Positions 30,637-42,579 are shown, counted from the stretch's first letter. The stretch: 64,000 nucleotides of DNA from an uncultured Chthonomonadaceae bacterium (GCA_963817895.1 CAWFQB010000001.1:1376001-1440000), one strand, 5' to 3'. The notes: a model not told the origin generated them from the letters alone. A program made the numbers and translations.

Positions 30637-30672
30637 TTGCACCCGACAGAAATGTCGGGTGAGGGTAGAAAC
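30637..30672 (+). repeat. Direct repeat, right copy
   Basis: ttgcacccgacagaaatgtcgggtgagggtagaaac; 33/36 identical to the left copy. Confidence 0.85.
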
Positions 30673-30806
30673 ATAAAGGGCGTCAGGCTGTCCACAAACT
30701 TATTAACGCTTATTGTGAAATAAGCGTAGCATGGTCGCCAGGGATTGAAACTCCCTGCCTGCACAAAGCAAGCGTCCCTCAAACGCGGGAATCTTGATTG
30801 AGAATT

Positions 30807-30885
30807 GCGTCTGAAAGACGCTTGTACTTTCCTGCCGGGGAAAGAGATTTAATCTGAAATCCCCGGCCCTTTAGGATAGGCGCAC
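30807..30885. repeat. Degenerate relative of the 12475 MITE
   Basis: gcgtctgaaagacgcttgtactttcctgccggg...taggataggc. Confidence 0.6.
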
Positions 30886-30893
30886 AACCTGCA

Positions 30894-31310
30894 CTACGGA
30901 GCCGCCAGCGGACAGCCGATCTCCCACAGATGACCGAACGGATCCACCACACGCCCCATGCGCCACCCATGCGCTTCCGCCACTGCGAAAGACTCCCGCG
31001 CCCCTGCCCCAAGCGCCCTCGCAAACATCGCATCCGGGTCCGGCACCGTTAAAAGCATCCGAACGGAACTGCTCCCCAGCGTTTCCGGGCTGGAGTGACC
31101 ATATTTCGGAGATTCATCGCTCAGCCAGAATTCCCCGCCCTCCACCGTCAGGCGAGCCACAATTGCGCCGTCAGGAGCCTCGACACGGTAGACCTCAACC
31201 GCGCCAAAGGCCGCTTTGTAGAACTCCACCGCTCGCGCCCCGTTACGAACCGACAGTATCGCCGATACCGAACAGGCAACGCCCCGCTCTGTCTCAATGT
31301 CATCACGCAT
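30894..31310 (-). CDS. VOC/glyoxalase (PhnB-like) protein
   Basis: AVEFYKAAFGA, DPFGHLW. Confidence 0.88.
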   Translation of the reverse strand: MRDDIETERGVACSVSAILSVRNGARAVEFYKAAFGAVEVYRVEAPDGAIVARLTVEGGEFWLSDESPKYGHSSPETLGSSSVRMLLTVPDPDAMFARALGAGARESFAVAEAHGWRMGRVVDPFGHLWEIGCPLAAP

Positions 31311-31452
31311 CCCAATGCCCTCCCGCTTCTATGGATGAAAAGCGCAGTGTTCGCCTTTCGCTTCTATACTGTAAGACAGGGGAAGCAGGCGGAAAGCGAT
31401 GCAGAGGCTAATCCTGTTCCCACTCCGGTCGCCTGGGTGCTTTGTTGCGCGT

Positions 31453-31812
31453 TCAGCGGTCATCCGACTTCTGAACCACACAAAAGAGATTATCATCGGG
31501 GTCCCGCAGCACGACAAAATCATCCCCCGGCTTATACCGCCACGGGTATCGCGTCGCCCCGAGCCTCACCAGTCTCTCGACTTCGGCCTCCTGATCATCC
31601 GTATAAAGGTCCAGATGCAGCCGGCTTCTCCTGCCTGTGCGTCTCTCAGGAACCTTATCCAGCGACACATTCGGGCCGCTTCCCTGCGGATCACGCAATA
31701 CCACCCAGCCATCCCGCGCAGGCTCTCTGGGGACATAACCGAGCGCCTCCTGCCAGAAGGCGAACATGCGGTCGAATTCGTAGCATCGGATAACGACCGA
31801 ACCGATTTTCAT
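31453..31812 (-). CDS. VOC/glyoxalase protein
   Basis: FWQEALGY, RLHLDL, LRDPDDNLFCV. Confidence 0.88.
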   Translation of the reverse strand: MKIGSVVIRCYEFDRMFAFWQEALGYVPREPARDGWVVLRDPQGSGPNVSLDKVPERRTGRRSRLHLDLYTDDQEAEVERLVRLGATRYPWRYKPGDDFVVLRDPDDNLFCVVQKSDDR

Positions 31813-32343
31813 TCTTTCGCTCCAATGAGGAACAAAACTTCCCCGGTCTCACCAGGACAAACCCCCCGGTAAAAAATTTAGAAAAAAGTGACAAACAGCG
31901 CAAAAAACCGAAACCTGCGCCAGAAACATCTGTCTACATAAAAAGAACGTCTATTAAACAGCCAGGTGGCGGGACGCGGAGAGTTTAAAATTCCTCTCCA
32001 CAATCTTACCTGGAAGGGAGGTGCCAAAAAGATGCCTGTACATACACGGTCGCCGTGACCATAATGAGGTCACGACGCCTCCTTAGAAAAAATTTGACAC
32101 AACGAGACACTGGGCTGGAAGCGCTGCATTGCCAATATTTCGACGCTGTCTCTGCATACTCTTTTTCTTTTTCCGTTTAGAGACGCCGACCCTGCCAGAT
32201 AATTTTCCAGCGCATAAATCGCGGATACAGTAAACTACAGCGCAACAAAGTCAAATTACCCATCTCTAACCAGAATATAGCCTCGTAATAAGACTTAAAT
32301 CAGGGTTGCTCTTCTTCACTATTACCGTCAGAGGAAAGTTTAC

Positions 32344-35018
32344 ATGATTCAGGGCAGATCACTCACAGCCCCGCGCTCAAATTTCCGTAAGAAAGCAGGG
32401 GGGACATGGCGACGCTCGCTTGCCTTACTCCTTTCCGGCAGTGGGATGCTGCTGGTGTTTGCCGCATCTGTCGGGCATAGCAGTCCTCCCGTTCCTGCGC
32501 GGGCGCAAACCACTCTGGCAATGCCGCCCGCCGCGCAGAGTTTTTTGCGTCAAAACTGCCTGGCCTGCCACAGCAAAACGAACACAAGCGGCGGGTTGGA
32601 CCTGAAAATCGCCTTTCATCCCGAAGTTGCGGCCAATTTCAGCCTTTGGGTCAAGGCGCATGACCGCGTTGCCGCCGGAGAAATGCCCCCGAAAACGTCT
32701 CCGCAACCCGCTCCCGCCGCGCGTAAGAGTTTCCTGGCCGCCCTCAGTCAGCCCCTGATTGCCGCGGATACGGCGCGAACCCGGCGCGAAGGGCGTTCCA
32801 CATGGCGGCGCATGAACCGCTATGAGTACGAGAATACCCTCCGTGACCTGCTGGACGCGCCCTGGCTGCAAATCAAAGACATGCTGCCCGAAGATGGCCT
32901 TTCCGCCCGCTTTAACAAGGTGGGGGACGCGCTGGATGTATCCCACGTACAGATGAGCCGTTATCTCGCCGCCGCCGGTTACGCCCTGCGGGAAGCCCTG
33001 CCCAAACAGGCCGCGCGACCCGAAACCACGACCACGCGATTTTACGCGCGCGAACAGCGCTCCTTTGTCGGCCCCGCGAAATTCACCGTATTCAATACCG
33101 CGTCGGAACGGGCAACATTTCCCATTCTCGGCGATGCGGCGGATATTCCCGCGCTGATGGAAACCGCGCCCATGACCGTAGGCGCGGCAGACCCGGCGAA
33201 GCGCGAACTGGAAGCGATGGGCGTAGCTGCCGGCGCGTATGAGCCGCTTAGCCCCGTTTCGACCGGTTCCGCGCCCCTGTTTCCGGGCGTTACAAACTCC
33301 GGCTGCGCGCCCATTCGTTCTGGGCCGCGCCCGACAACCCCAAACAATGGTGGCATCCCAGCCGCAAGGACCTTTCCGCAGGCCGGACACAGGAACCGAT
33401 AAGCCTGTACGCCTCCTCCCCGCCGCAGCAATTACGCAAACTGGGCAGCGTGGATGTCGGCCCGCAGTCCACAATCGGCGAAATCGAAGCCGACCTGATC
33501 AAGGGGGAAACCATTCTGCCCGACGCCGCCCGTCTGTTCCGTTCGCGTCCCCCCAACTGGCACAACCCTCTGGCGGAAAAGGACGGACAGCCGGGAGTCG
33601 CTTACCAGTGGCTGGAAGTGGAAGGTCCGCTGTACGAGGCGTGGCCGACGCCGGGACAGCGCCTGCTGTGCGGCGATTTGCCTCTGAAAGAGACAGGGAC
33701 AAAAGGCAGCAAACAAATCGAGATTGTTTCCAGTGATCCCGATGGGGACGCATCCCGGCTCATTCATGGTTTCATGAAACGCGCCCTGCGTCGTCCGATT
33801 GGCGCGTCCGATGTTGAGCCGTTCGTGAAACTCTTCCACACGGCGCGGCAATCGGGCGCGGATTTTACGGAATCGCTGCTCACCGCGTATACCGGCGTAC
33901 TCTGTTCGCCCGCCTTTGTCACCCTCGAAGAACGACCGGGACTGCTCAACGACTACGCTCTTGCGACGCGGCTGTCGTACTTTTTGTGGAACTCGGAACC
34001 CGACGACGTGTTGCGCTCACTGGCCGCTCAGGGCGCATTACATACTCCGAAAACGCTGGTCGCGCAAACCAACCGGATGCTGGATGACCCACGCTCACAA
34101 CGGTTCGTGTCCGCGTTTCTCGACTACTGGCTCGACCTGCGCAAGACCGGCAACACCTCGCCCGATGAGACGCTGTATCCCGACTACTATCTGGACGACT
34201 ACCTTACCGAATCGTCCATAGAGGAACCCCGCGCCTTTTTCGCCGAACTGATACGCGGCAACCTGCCTGCCCACAATCTCGTCGCCTCGGATTTTGTCAT
34301 GGTCAATCAGCGCCTTGCCACGCTGTACGGCCTGCCCGATATTGCGGGTTCCCACCTTCGGCGCGTGGCCCTGCCGCAAGATTCGGTGCGCGGCGGATTG
34401 CTCACGCAGGCAAGCGTGTTGAAAGTCACCGCGAACGGCACGACCACTTCACCCGTCTTGCGCGGAGCGTGGATTACGGAGCGGATTTTAGGGCAGCCCG
34501 TTCCGCCCCCGCCGCCTTCCGTCCCCGCTGTGGAACCCGACATACGCGGCGCGACCACCATCCGCGAACAACTGGCGAAACATCGCACGCAGGCGACCTG
34601 CCAATCCTGCCACGCCCGCATTGACCCGCCCGGTTTCGCGCTGGAAAGTTTCGACGTTTTTGGCGGCTGGCGCGACCACTACCGCGCATTGGGCGACGGC
34701 CCGAAGACTGCGGGCTTCGGGAAGAACGGTCAGGCGTTTGTGTTCCATGCCGCGCAACCCGTAGACCCGTCCGGTTCCCTGCCCGATGGCCGCAAGTTCA
34801 GCGATGTTCGGGATATGAAACGCCTGCTGTTGCAGGATGAGCGGCAAATTGCCCGTAACCTTGTCCGGCAATTGGTGACATACTCTACGGGAGCAACCGT
34901 AGGATTCGGCGACCGACCGCAAGTGGAAGCCATCTTAAATCGCGCTCAATCCGGGGGATACGGGGTAAAATCCATCCTTCACGAAATCATTGCCAGCGAC
35001 CTCTTCAGGAACAAGTAG
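32344..35018 (+). CDS. Planctomycete-type cytochrome c / DUF1592-DUF1588-DUF1585 protein (frameshift near 33250)
   Basis: CLACH and CQSCH heme motifs, [25 protein letters not shown]. Confidence 0.87.
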
Positions 35019-35031
35019 GAAAAGTGAACCT

Positions 35032-36354
35032 ATGAAAACCGTCCATGTCTGCACACCGCAACCCCTGTCCCGGCGTCATTTTCTGCGAGGAACCGGCGTT
35101 CTGTTGAGCCTGCCGCTTCTGGATGCCATGCTGCCCGCCTTTGCCCGTGCCGATTCCAAGAGCCTCGCGCCGCGCCGTTTTCTCGGCATCTGCAACAATC
35201 TGGGTGTGCTGCCGGACAAGTTTTTTCCGGGCGCGGATCAGACAGGGCGCGATTATGCGCTATCGCCCTATCTGGAACACCTGCGCGACTTCCGTTCTGA
35301 TTTCACCGTAATGAGCGGCGTCACGCATCCCGACGTGGACGGCGGGCATCCCGCCGACATCTGCTTTCTGACCGCCGCGCCCCATCCTTCGAGCGGCGGA
35401 TTTCGCAACACCATATCTCTCGATCAGTTTGTAGCCGAGCGCATCGGGCATCTGACCCGCTTCCCCTCCCTGACATTGGGCGTCAACGTGAATGGCGCGC
35501 GCAGTCTGTCCAGCACAGCAGGCGGCGTCCTGATTCCCTGCGATGATAAGCCTTCCGCAGTGTTCCAAAAACTGTTTTTGGGAGGTTCGCCCGAAGAGGT
35601 GAAGGCGCAGACGCGCAGTTTGGCGTTGGGACAAAGCATCATGGACACCATTGCCGGTCAGACGCAACAACTGAAGCGCAATGTCGGTTCAAAGGACAGG
35701 GAGCGGCTTGACCAGTATTTTACGGGCGTCCGCGAACTGGAACAGCGCCTTGTGCAGTCGGCGGAGTGGGAAAAGAGGCCGCGTCCGGTTGTCAGCGTCG
35801 CCCCGCCCCTCGACCCAAAAGACCCAAAAGAGTACATGGAGAAAGTACGGCTGATGTACGACATGGCGCAAATGGCCTTTGCGACCGATTCCACCCGTAA
35901 CATCACCCTGATGCTCGATAGCGTCAACTCGCCCGCCATTACGGTAGAAGGCAAGGCGGTATCGGACGGCTACCACAACCTTTCGCATCATGGCCGCAGC
36001 GCGGAAAAATTGGCGCAACTGGAACAGATTGACCGCGAACACATGAAACTGCTGAACGGCCTGTTTACCAATCTGAAGTCACACAAAGAGGGCGCGGAAA
36101 CCCTGCTGGATCGGACAATGACGCTTTACGGCAGCAATTTAGGCAACGCCAACACCCACGTCACGACCAATCTCCCGGTACTCTTCGCGGGCGGCGGCTT
36201 CCGGCACGGCCAGCATCTCGCCTTCGACCGCGACCGCAACTATCCCCTGCCCAATCTGTTCGTGAACATTCTCCAACGTTTCGGCATCGAAGCCGACCGT
36301 TTCGCGTCCAGCACCGGCACAATGCGCGGCCTCGAAATGCTCAAAACGTCGTAA
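35032..36354 (+). CDS. DUF1552 protein (Tat signal)
   Basis: [35 protein letters not shown]; usual partner of DUF1592. Confidence 0.88.
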   Translation: MKTVHVCTPQPLSRRHFLRGTGVLLSLPLLDAMLPAFARADSKSLAPRRFLGICNNLGVLPDKFFPGADQTGRDYALSPYLEHLRDFRSDFTVMSGVTHPDVDGGHPADICFLTAAPHPSSGGFRNTISLDQFVAERIGHLTRFPSLTLGVNVNGARSLSSTAGGVLIPCDDKPSAVFQKLFLGGSPEEVKAQTRSLALGQSIMDTIAGQTQQLKRNVGSKDRERLDQYFTGVRELEQRLVQSAEWEKRPRPVVSVAPPLDPKDPKEYMEKVRLMYDMAQMAFATDSTRNITLMLDSVNSPAITVEGKAVSDGYHNLSHHGRSAEKLAQLEQIDREHMKLLNGLFTNLKSHKEGAETLLDRTMTLYGSNLGNANTHVTTNLPVLFAGGGFRHGQHLAFDRDRNYPLPNLFVNILQRFGIEADRFASSTGTMRGLEMLKTS

Positions 36355-36404
36355 CTCAACAAGTTCGGGCAGGCAAATCACTCAGCCTCTAGCGGAATAC
36401 TTCT

Positions 36405-36689
36405 CTATGCTACAGCTTCTACCGGTTCGCCCGGAAACAGGATAATGTCTAATCCCTGTTCGTCTTGAAGAACCCCTTCCACTTCGGCCAACGCCTCATA
36501 AAGCGCGTACATGCGCCGAGGCCACGGACGCGGAAGGACAGGAACCCGCCACCACGTTCTGTTCCCGCTGACTGTGCTGTAGATACCACTTTCATCTACG
36601 TCAAGCGTCATACTGTCGAATGGCGGCGCGGCGGCTAAAGCTTGCCGCACAAAATCAGCAATTTCATGTTTTTGTTTTAATTCAGTCAT
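36405..36689 (-). CDS. Small hypothetical protein coupled to HEPN (putative antitoxin)
   Basis: Overlaps the HEPN stop; acidic C-terminus. Confidence 0.55.
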   Translation of the reverse strand: MTELKQKHEIADFVRQALAAAPPFDSMTLDVDESGIYSTVSGNRTWWRVPVLPRPWPRRMYALYEALAEVEGVLQDEQGLDIILFPGEPVEAVA

Positions 36690-37077
36690 TTTCAACTCGC
36701 AGCAGTCGTCTTACGACCAATACATCTCGCAGGCTGTTGAAAGCCGTTTGTTTATCTACGGTTCGCCCCGGTCTATAATCTGCATCTTCCCGCGCAGTAC
36801 GCAAGGAACGAAGCAAGCGCACAACCGTTCTTCGCTCTTGTCGCGTGAAGCCACCGTTGTTCAATATCAACTCCGGCAACTGCTCATGTGATGGATTGTT
36901 CCATCCCGTCGGAAAGTTTGTACTGTCACCATGCGCCACGCAGATTGAAGTAGCGGCTTGATAGGCCGCATAGTACGCGCGACTCGCGCAGTCACGGTAG
37001 CGGCCTTCATCAAAAAGCAACTGCGCCGCCTGCAACGATTGCGCGGCTTGATTTCGCCATTGTTCTGATGAGTACAT
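36682..37077 (-). CDS. HEPN-domain protein
   Basis: A..L...G.Y....SRAYYAAYQA, R..ADY motif. Confidence 0.85.
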   Translation of the reverse strand: MYSSEQWRNQAAQSLQAAQLLFDEGRYRDCASRAYYAAYQAATSICVAHGDSTNFPTGWNNPSHEQLPELILNNGGFTRQERRTVVRLLRSLRTAREDADYRPGRTVDKQTAFNSLRDVLVVRRLLRVEND

Positions 37078-37165
37078 GGTGGTAGGACTATTATACGGGC
37101 AATCCTCCTCAATGTACAGTGATGACGCTGCAAAAATCGCGAACTCGTGACGCGCAAAAAGATTA

Positions 37166-37693
37166 TCAGCGGGCGAAGGTAATTAAATCACAGCTGATGG
37201 CAATTACCAAACTGCGTCCCGTTTCAGAAAAGCCATATGCGCGTAATTCACAAGCGCCTTCATCGCCAATGACAACGGATTCTCCATTCATAATGCGACC
37301 ATCTTCATGCTTGACGGTTGGAGGCGTCAACAGAATACTGCGCGTCGGCCCGGCGGGGGCTTCCTCTTCCAAAAACCATTCATCTTTGGTTGTCAGTGGC
37401 AAGCCGCCCCCGAACAGTCCTGCCATACGGATGCTCTTGCCTTCCAGCGGGCCAAACCCCTGCGCGAGTAAGCGAATAGGGTCAAAGAAGTCGTGAGCCT
37501 CAACGTAGTCACGAGCCAGTTTCTCACCTGTCAAACAATCAAAAATGCCTCGGCCTTGAGAGGACAGCACCAGTAGTAAATCGCTGTTTTCGGCATAGCC
37601 AACCTGGAACAGGCCACCTACAGGCCAGGTGGCGCAATGCTTCCAGGGGGCAGGAGGCTTCTGTATAGCAGATCGAATTTTGGTAGTCATCAC
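37166..37693 (-). CDS. Hypothetical protein
   Basis: 175-aa ORF; VGGL..VGY, SSQGRGIFDC.TGEKLARD, GLFGGGLP look like a conserved family. Confidence 0.6.
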   Translation of the reverse strand: MMTTKIRSAIQKPPAPWKHCATWPVGGLFQVGYAENSDLLLVLSSQGRGIFDCLTGEKLARDYVEAHDFFDPIRLLAQGFGPLEGKSIRMAGLFGGGLPLTTKDEWFLEEEAPAGPTRSILLTPPTVKHEDGRIMNGESVVIGDEGACELRAYGFSETGRSLVIAISCDLITFAR

Positions 37694-37796
37694 CAGAAAA
37701 CCTTTACTGAAACCATTTAACCTCTTTCATAAGTCTACTCGATGAGATAGGCTTCGCATCGTTCACGAGGACTTATGAAAGAGGTCTATTATAATA

Positions 37797-37840
37797 ACCC
37801 TTCTCCCAATGTTGGGAGAAGGGTTAGGGTTGTGGGCTAC
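37797..37840. repeat. REP-like palindrome, copy 3
   Basis: acccttctcccaa tg ttgggagaagggt tagggttgtgggcta. Confidence 0.75.
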
Positions 37841-40829
37841 TCTCCCATTTCAGATGCCGCCTGCCGCCGTTTTGCTGGTTTCGGGTTCCTGTAGGTCGGG
37901 GTTGCCCTGCGGTGTGGCGGCCTGAGTGGACGACTTCGGCGATGAGTTGGCGCAGGACGTAGGGCAGGATGCCACCGTGCAGGAAGTAGTCCACTTCAAT
38001 CGGCGTATCAATGCGCAGGGTGAGCGGCACTTCGGTTGTTTCCACGCCGTCTTCCTTTGTCCGCTTGATAACAAGGGTGGCGTCCATGCGCGGGGATAGT
38101 CCGCCTTCCAGTCCGATTAGATCGAACGTTTCCGTGCCGTCCAGACCGAGCGACTGCGCGTTGACGCCCTCCTTGAATTGCAGCGGGAGAACGCCCATGC
38201 CGACAAGATTGCTACGGTGGATGCGCTCGAACGACTGCGCGATAACCGCCTTCACGCCCAGCAGGTTCGTGCCTTTGGCGGCCCAGTCGCGGCTCGACCC
38301 CGTGCCGTATTCCTGTCCGGCAAGAATTATCAGCGGAATATTGGACGCCTGATACTTGATGCTGGCGTCATAAATGCTGGTCTCTTCGCCATCCGGCTGA
38401 TGCCGCGTGACGCCGCCCTCCACGCCCGGAACCATCAGGTTCTTGATACGGACATTGGCGAACGTGCCGCGCATCATAATGCGGTCGTTGCCCCGCCGCG
38501 AACCGTAGCTGTTGAAGTCCTGCGGAACCACGCCCTTTTCCTGCAAATACAACCCGGCGGGACTGCTCGCTTTGATTGCGCCTGCCGGACTGATGTGATC
38601 CGTCGTCACGCTGTCGCCGAAAATGGCGAGCGCGCGGGCGTTCTTGATGTCTTTGGCGACACCCGCTTCCATGCCGAACTTGTCGAAATAGGGCGGCTCC
38701 TGAATGTACGTGGAACTCTCGTCCCAGTTGTACACGTTGCCCACGCTGCTCGGAATTTCGGCCCACAGCGGGTTCTGATCGGCAAAGTCTTTGTACAGGG
38801 CGCGGTACGTTTCCGGGTCATTGGCGGCCTGTAGCACCGCGCCAATTTCCGCCATTGTCGGCCAAATGTCGCGCAGATACACTTCATCCCCGTGCCGGTC
38901 TTCTCCCAACGGCTCGTTCGCCATGTCAATGTCCACACGCCCCGCAAGCGCGAACGCCACGACAAGCGGCGGCGACATCAGGAAATTGGCCTTCACGTTC
39001 TGGTGAACCCGCGCCTCGAAGTTGCGGTTGCCCGAAAGGACACTGGCGACAACCAGATCGTTTTTAACAATCGTCTCTTCCAGATGCGGTTCCAGCGGCC
39101 CGCTGTTGCCGATGCAGGTTGTGCAGCCGTAGCCGACGGTATGGAAGCCGATCAGATTCAGATAGGTTTGCAGTCCGGCTTTGTTCAGGTACTCCGTAAC
39201 CACGCGGCTGCCCGGCGCAAGGCTTGTTTTCACGGCAGAGCGTACCGTCAGCCCCCGTTCCACCGCTTTTTTCGCCACCAATCCCGCCGCCAGCATCACG
39301 CTCGGATTAGAGGTATTGGTGCAGGACGTAATTGCCGCAATCACCACGTCGCCGTGATGCAGGTCTACCATCTCGTGGGAGAATTCCCCGGCGGGCATAT
39401 CCTCCACGCGGTCAGGCGTAGGCCGGTTCTGCATCATTTCGATTTCGGTAATCACGCTGGTATCTTTCGCGCTTTCCAGCGCGTCCGTGCCGTCGGGAAC
39501 CGTGTCCGAATCCTGTTCGCCGCCGCCCGTCAGAGTGGCTTCCGAAACCGTTTCACCCTTGCGCAATCCGGTACGCACAAAAAAGTGTTTATTCGCCTCA
39601 TCGAATGGCTTGTTGTAGCCGCTTTCGCTTACGGGCTTGTGCAGCAGGTCATTGAACTTGGTTTTCACCTCATCCAGACTGATGCGGTCCTGCGGGCGGC
39701 GCGGACCGGCAACGCTGGGTGTTACGCTTTGCAAATCCAGTTCCAGCAGTTGGCTGTACTCTATTTCGCCCTGCTTTGGCATCCCGAACAATCCCTGCGC
39801 CTTGAAATACTGGCGGAAAGCGTCTACCTGCTCAGTTGTGCGCCCGGTTGCGGTCAGATAGCGGCAGGTTTCCTCGTCAACCGGGAAGAAGCCCATTGTC
39901 GCGCCGTATTCGGGGGCCATATTCGCGATCGTCGCCCGGTCGGTCAGGCTCAAACTGGCCGCGCCTTCGCCGTGAAACTCGACGAATTTGCCGACAACTT
40001 TGGCCTTGCGCAGCATTTCGGTAATGGTCAGCACCAGATCGGTAGCGGTCACGCCCTCCTTCAACGCGCCCGTCAGGTGAACGCCTACGACATCCGGCGT
40101 CAGAATATAAACCGGCTGGCCCAACATGCCCGCCTCGGCCTCAATTCCGCCCACGCCCCAGCCCACAATGCCAAGCCCGTTAATCATCGTCGTGTGCGAG
40201 TCGGTTCCCACAAGCGTATCGGGATAGGTTACGCCGTCTTTGTGCAGGACGCCTTTCGCCAGATACTCCAGATTGACCTGATGCACGATGCCGATGCCGG
40301 GAGGAACCACGCTGAAGCCGTTGAACGCCTGCATCCCCCACTTCAAAAACTGGTAGCGGGCGCGGTTACGCTTGAACTCGATCTCCATATTCTTTTGCAG
40401 CGCGTCGGGTATCTCGGCGTAGTCCACCTGTACGGAGTGGTCTACCACAAGGTCAACCGGCACAAGCGGCTCGATGATACCGGGGTCTTTGCCCAACCGC
40501 GCAACAGTTGAGCGCATCGCCGCCAAATCCACAAGGAGCGGAACGCCCGTGAAATCCTGCAAAATGATGCGGGCAACGATGAACGGAATCTCTTCCGTCC
40601 GTTCCGCGTTCGGTTTCCAGTTGGCGAGTGTTTGCACATCGTCCTGCGTAACCCGCTTGCCGTCCACGTTGCGCAACACGGATTCAAGCACGATGCGTAT
40701 GCTGACAGGCAGTTTGGAAACCGGGCCGACGCCTTCGGTTTCCAGTTGCGGCAGGGAGTAGAACTGCCCGGTTTTGCCATCGTCATACTGAAAGTTCTGG
40801 AGGCTGTTAAAGAGGTTGTGGGATGCCAT
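37824..40829 (-). CDS. acnA: Aconitate hydratase A
   Basis: [50 protein letters not shown]; extreme C-terminus possibly frameshifted (alternative stop at 37850). Confidence 0.96.
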   Translation of the reverse strand: MASHNLFNSLQNFQYDDGKTGQFYSLPQLETEGVGPVSKLPVSIRIVLESVLRNVDGKRVTQDDVQTLANWKPNAERTEEIPFIVARIILQDFTGVPLLVDLAAMRSTVARLGKDPGIIEPLVPVDLVVDHSVQVDYAEIPDALQKNMEIEFKRNRARYQFLKWGMQAFNGFSVVPPGIGIVHQVNLEYLAKGVLHKDGVTYPDTLVGTDSHTTMINGLGIVGWGVGGIEAEAGMLGQPVYILTPDVVGVHLTGALKEGVTATDLVLTITEMLRKAKVVGKFVEFHGEGAASLSLTDRATIANMAPEYGATMGFFPVDEETCRYLTATGRTTEQVDAFRQYFKAQGLFGMPKQGEIEYSQLLELDLQSVTPSVAGPRRPQDRISLDEVKTKFNDLLHKPVSESGYNKPFDEANKHFFVRTGLRKGETVSEATLTGGGEQDSDTVPDGTDALESAKDTSVITEIEMMQNRPTPDRVEDMPAGEFSHEMVDLHHGDVVIAAITSCTNTSNPSVMLAAGLVAKKAVERGLTVRSAVKTSLAPGSRVVTEYLNKAGLQTYLNLIGFHTVGYGCTTCIGNSGPLEPHLEETIVKNDLVVASVLSGNRNFEARVHQNVKANFLMSPPLVVAFALAGRVDIDMANEPLGEDRHGDEVYLRDIWPTMAEIGAVLQAANDPETYRALYKDFADQNPLWAEIPSSVGNVYNWDESSTYIQEPPYFDKFGMEAGVAKDIKNARALAIFGDSVTTDHISPAGAIKASSPAGLYLQEKGVVPQDFNSYGSRRGNDRIMMRGTFANVRIKNLMVPGVEGGVTRHQPDGEETSIYDASIKYQASNIPLIILAGQEYGTGSSRDWAAKGTNLLGVKAVIAQSFERIHRSNLVGMGVLPLQFKEGVNAQSLGLDGTETFDLIGLEGGLSPRMDATLVIKRTKEDGVETTEVPLTLRIDTPIEVDYFLHGGILPYVLRQLIAEVVHSGRHTAGQPRPTGTRNQQNGGRRHLKWESSPQP

Positions 40830-41060
40830 AATGTGTCCTTGCGCGCGGTATGGCCTTTGCTTCCGGCACAGTTGCGCAACGTCCCCATTGGAGCGGGCAG
40901 CGAAACGCGCGAAAGCAGAGCAGGCCGTAAAATGTTGTTGAAGACGCTTGTATTTTACCGCCCGCCGCATCTATAATGCAAATGTCATATTTTCATGCTT
41001 TCCATGCGCATCGCGCATAGCAAAGAGCAGCAATGCGCCCCTTGCCGACTAGAACCCTAA

Positions 41061-41140
41061 CAACCTGACAACTTAACAACCTGACAACTTAACAACCTGA
41101 CAACTTAACAACCTGACAACTTAACAACCTGACAACCTAA
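41061..41140 (+). repeat. Tandem repeat 5 x 16 bp (caacctgacaacttaa)
   Basis: Four exact units plus one with a single mismatch, ending 4 nt before the LysR ATG. Confidence 0.95.
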
Positions 41141-41144
41141 TCTC

Positions 41145-42038
41145 ATGGAACTGTATCAACTGGAAACCTTTGAAGCGATTGTGGCGCATGGCAGTTTTAC
41201 CCGCGCGGCAGAGTTTTTGTGCCTGAGTCAGCCTGCGGTGACGCGGCAAATCGCCGGATTGGAAGCGGAATTAAAAATGCCGCTGTTTGATCGGTTGGGC
41301 CGGACGGTGCAAATGACTTCGGCAGGGGAGGCGCTGCATCGCTACGCGGAAACAATAGTGCGTTTGTCGCAGGAAGCGCGGCAGGCGGTGGCGGATGTGG
41401 GAACCGGCAACGCGGGGCGCGTGAGCGTGGGCGCGAGCAACACGCTGGCAACGTATGTCCTCCCGCCCCTGTTGCGGCAGTTCCGGCAAACGCGCCCGCG
41501 CGTAGAGATTGCCATACAAACCGGGGCTTCAGCGCAAATTCTGGAATTGGTACGTTCGGGAGAAGCCGATATTGGATTGGTAACGGGCGAGAACCATGAT
41601 CCGCTTCTGCTGACAACGTTTCTCGCGGAGTATGAGACTCGCGTCGTCGTTCCTGTCGGGCATCCGCTTGCCCGATTGACAACAGTTCGCGCATCGCAGT
41701 TGGAGGGCAGTCCCCTGATTTTAATGGAATCGGGAACCAACCTGCGCGCGTATGTGGATAAATTGCTGAACGAGGCAGGCGTGGAAGAGCAGGTTGCGCT
41801 GGAACTCGATAACGTGGAAGCCATCAAGCGGATGATTGAAGCGGAGTTGGGCATCTCCCTCCTGCCGGAAGTGGCCGTGCGCCGGGAAGTGACAACAGGG
41901 CGGCTTGTAGCCCTGAAACTGACGGATGTGCCTCGCGCCAGGCGTCAAATCGCCCTCGTGCATCGCCGCGACAAATACCTCTCCGTCGCCCTGAAAGCGT
42001 TTATGGAACTGCTGGAAAAAGTGAAGAGTGGAGAGTGA
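41145..42038 (+). CDS. LysR-family regulator
   Basis: GSFTRAAE.L.LSQPAVTRQI..LE..L...LFDR; divergent from acnA. Confidence 0.95.
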   Translation: MELYQLETFEAIVAHGSFTRAAEFLCLSQPAVTRQIAGLEAELKMPLFDRLGRTVQMTSAGEALHRYAETIVRLSQEARQAVADVGTGNAGRVSVGASNTLATYVLPPLLRQFRQTRPRVEIAIQTGASAQILELVRSGEADIGLVTGENHDPLLLTTFLAEYETRVVVPVGHPLARLTTVRASQLEGSPLILMESGTNLRAYVDKLLNEAGVEEQVALELDNVEAIKRMIEAELGISLLPEVAVRREVTTGRLVALKLTDVPRARRQIALVHRRDKYLSVALKAFMELLEKVKSGE

Positions 42039-42299
42039 GAGGCGTGGCTGGTGGTTGGTGGTTGGGCTGCTGCAAAGCGAACGCGGTCAGGCGCTTCCCG
42101 CGCGGCAAGCGTTGGAAGAATTCGGGCGGCGGCATGGCCTACTTCGTTGACATGGCGCAGGTAGCGCTAAAAACACGCAGGGTACTCTTGCCCGAATAAA
42201 ACAATCTACTGCGCATTCTTGCGAATTTTTGCTACTTCTTCGCCTGACATTTTCTCATGTTTGTGCGCCCCGCTTCCCGCGCCGCTGAATCCGATGGTT

Positions 42300-42579
42300 T
42301 CTGTATACACAGCGCCGTCTTCAATGCGGCCTTTGTCTGCGCTGCCCATGTATTTGAAAGTAATCTCGCTGCCTTGAACGTCGTACTGACCGCTTACGCC
42401 TGTGCCGCGCTCTTGCCGTACACGAAAGTTCCGTCCGCATTTAGTTCAAGAATACAGTAGTTGACGCTGTTGGGAACGTGCCAGACGTATTTACCCGGCA
42501 GGCCGTTTGCATGACTACAGCCGTAGAGCAACGCGCATAACACAAACGCATTCAAGCAAGCAATCTAATATTGTTTCAT
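42300..42579 (-). pseudogene. Degraded lipoprotein gene fragment
   Basis: MKQY*IACLNAFVLCALLYGCSHANGLPGKYVW...ELNADGTFVY: lipobox-like, with stops; 3' end undefined. Confidence 0.35.

Larger units (their letters stand above)
26621..30672. mobile_element. Decayed integrative element / genomic island
   Basis: 36-bp direct repeats at both ends, AT-rich cargo, tyrosine recombinase and excisionase relics, tRNA fragment. Confidence 0.65.

Noticed and set aside
38892..40511. Long antisense ORFs (also 5878-7179, 17797-18951, 11584-12357)
   Set aside because: Shadow frames opposite well-supported GC-rich genes, with no recognisable motifs.
41061..41140. CRISPR array
   Set aside because: Contiguous 16-bp units with no unique spacers and no cas genes in the window.
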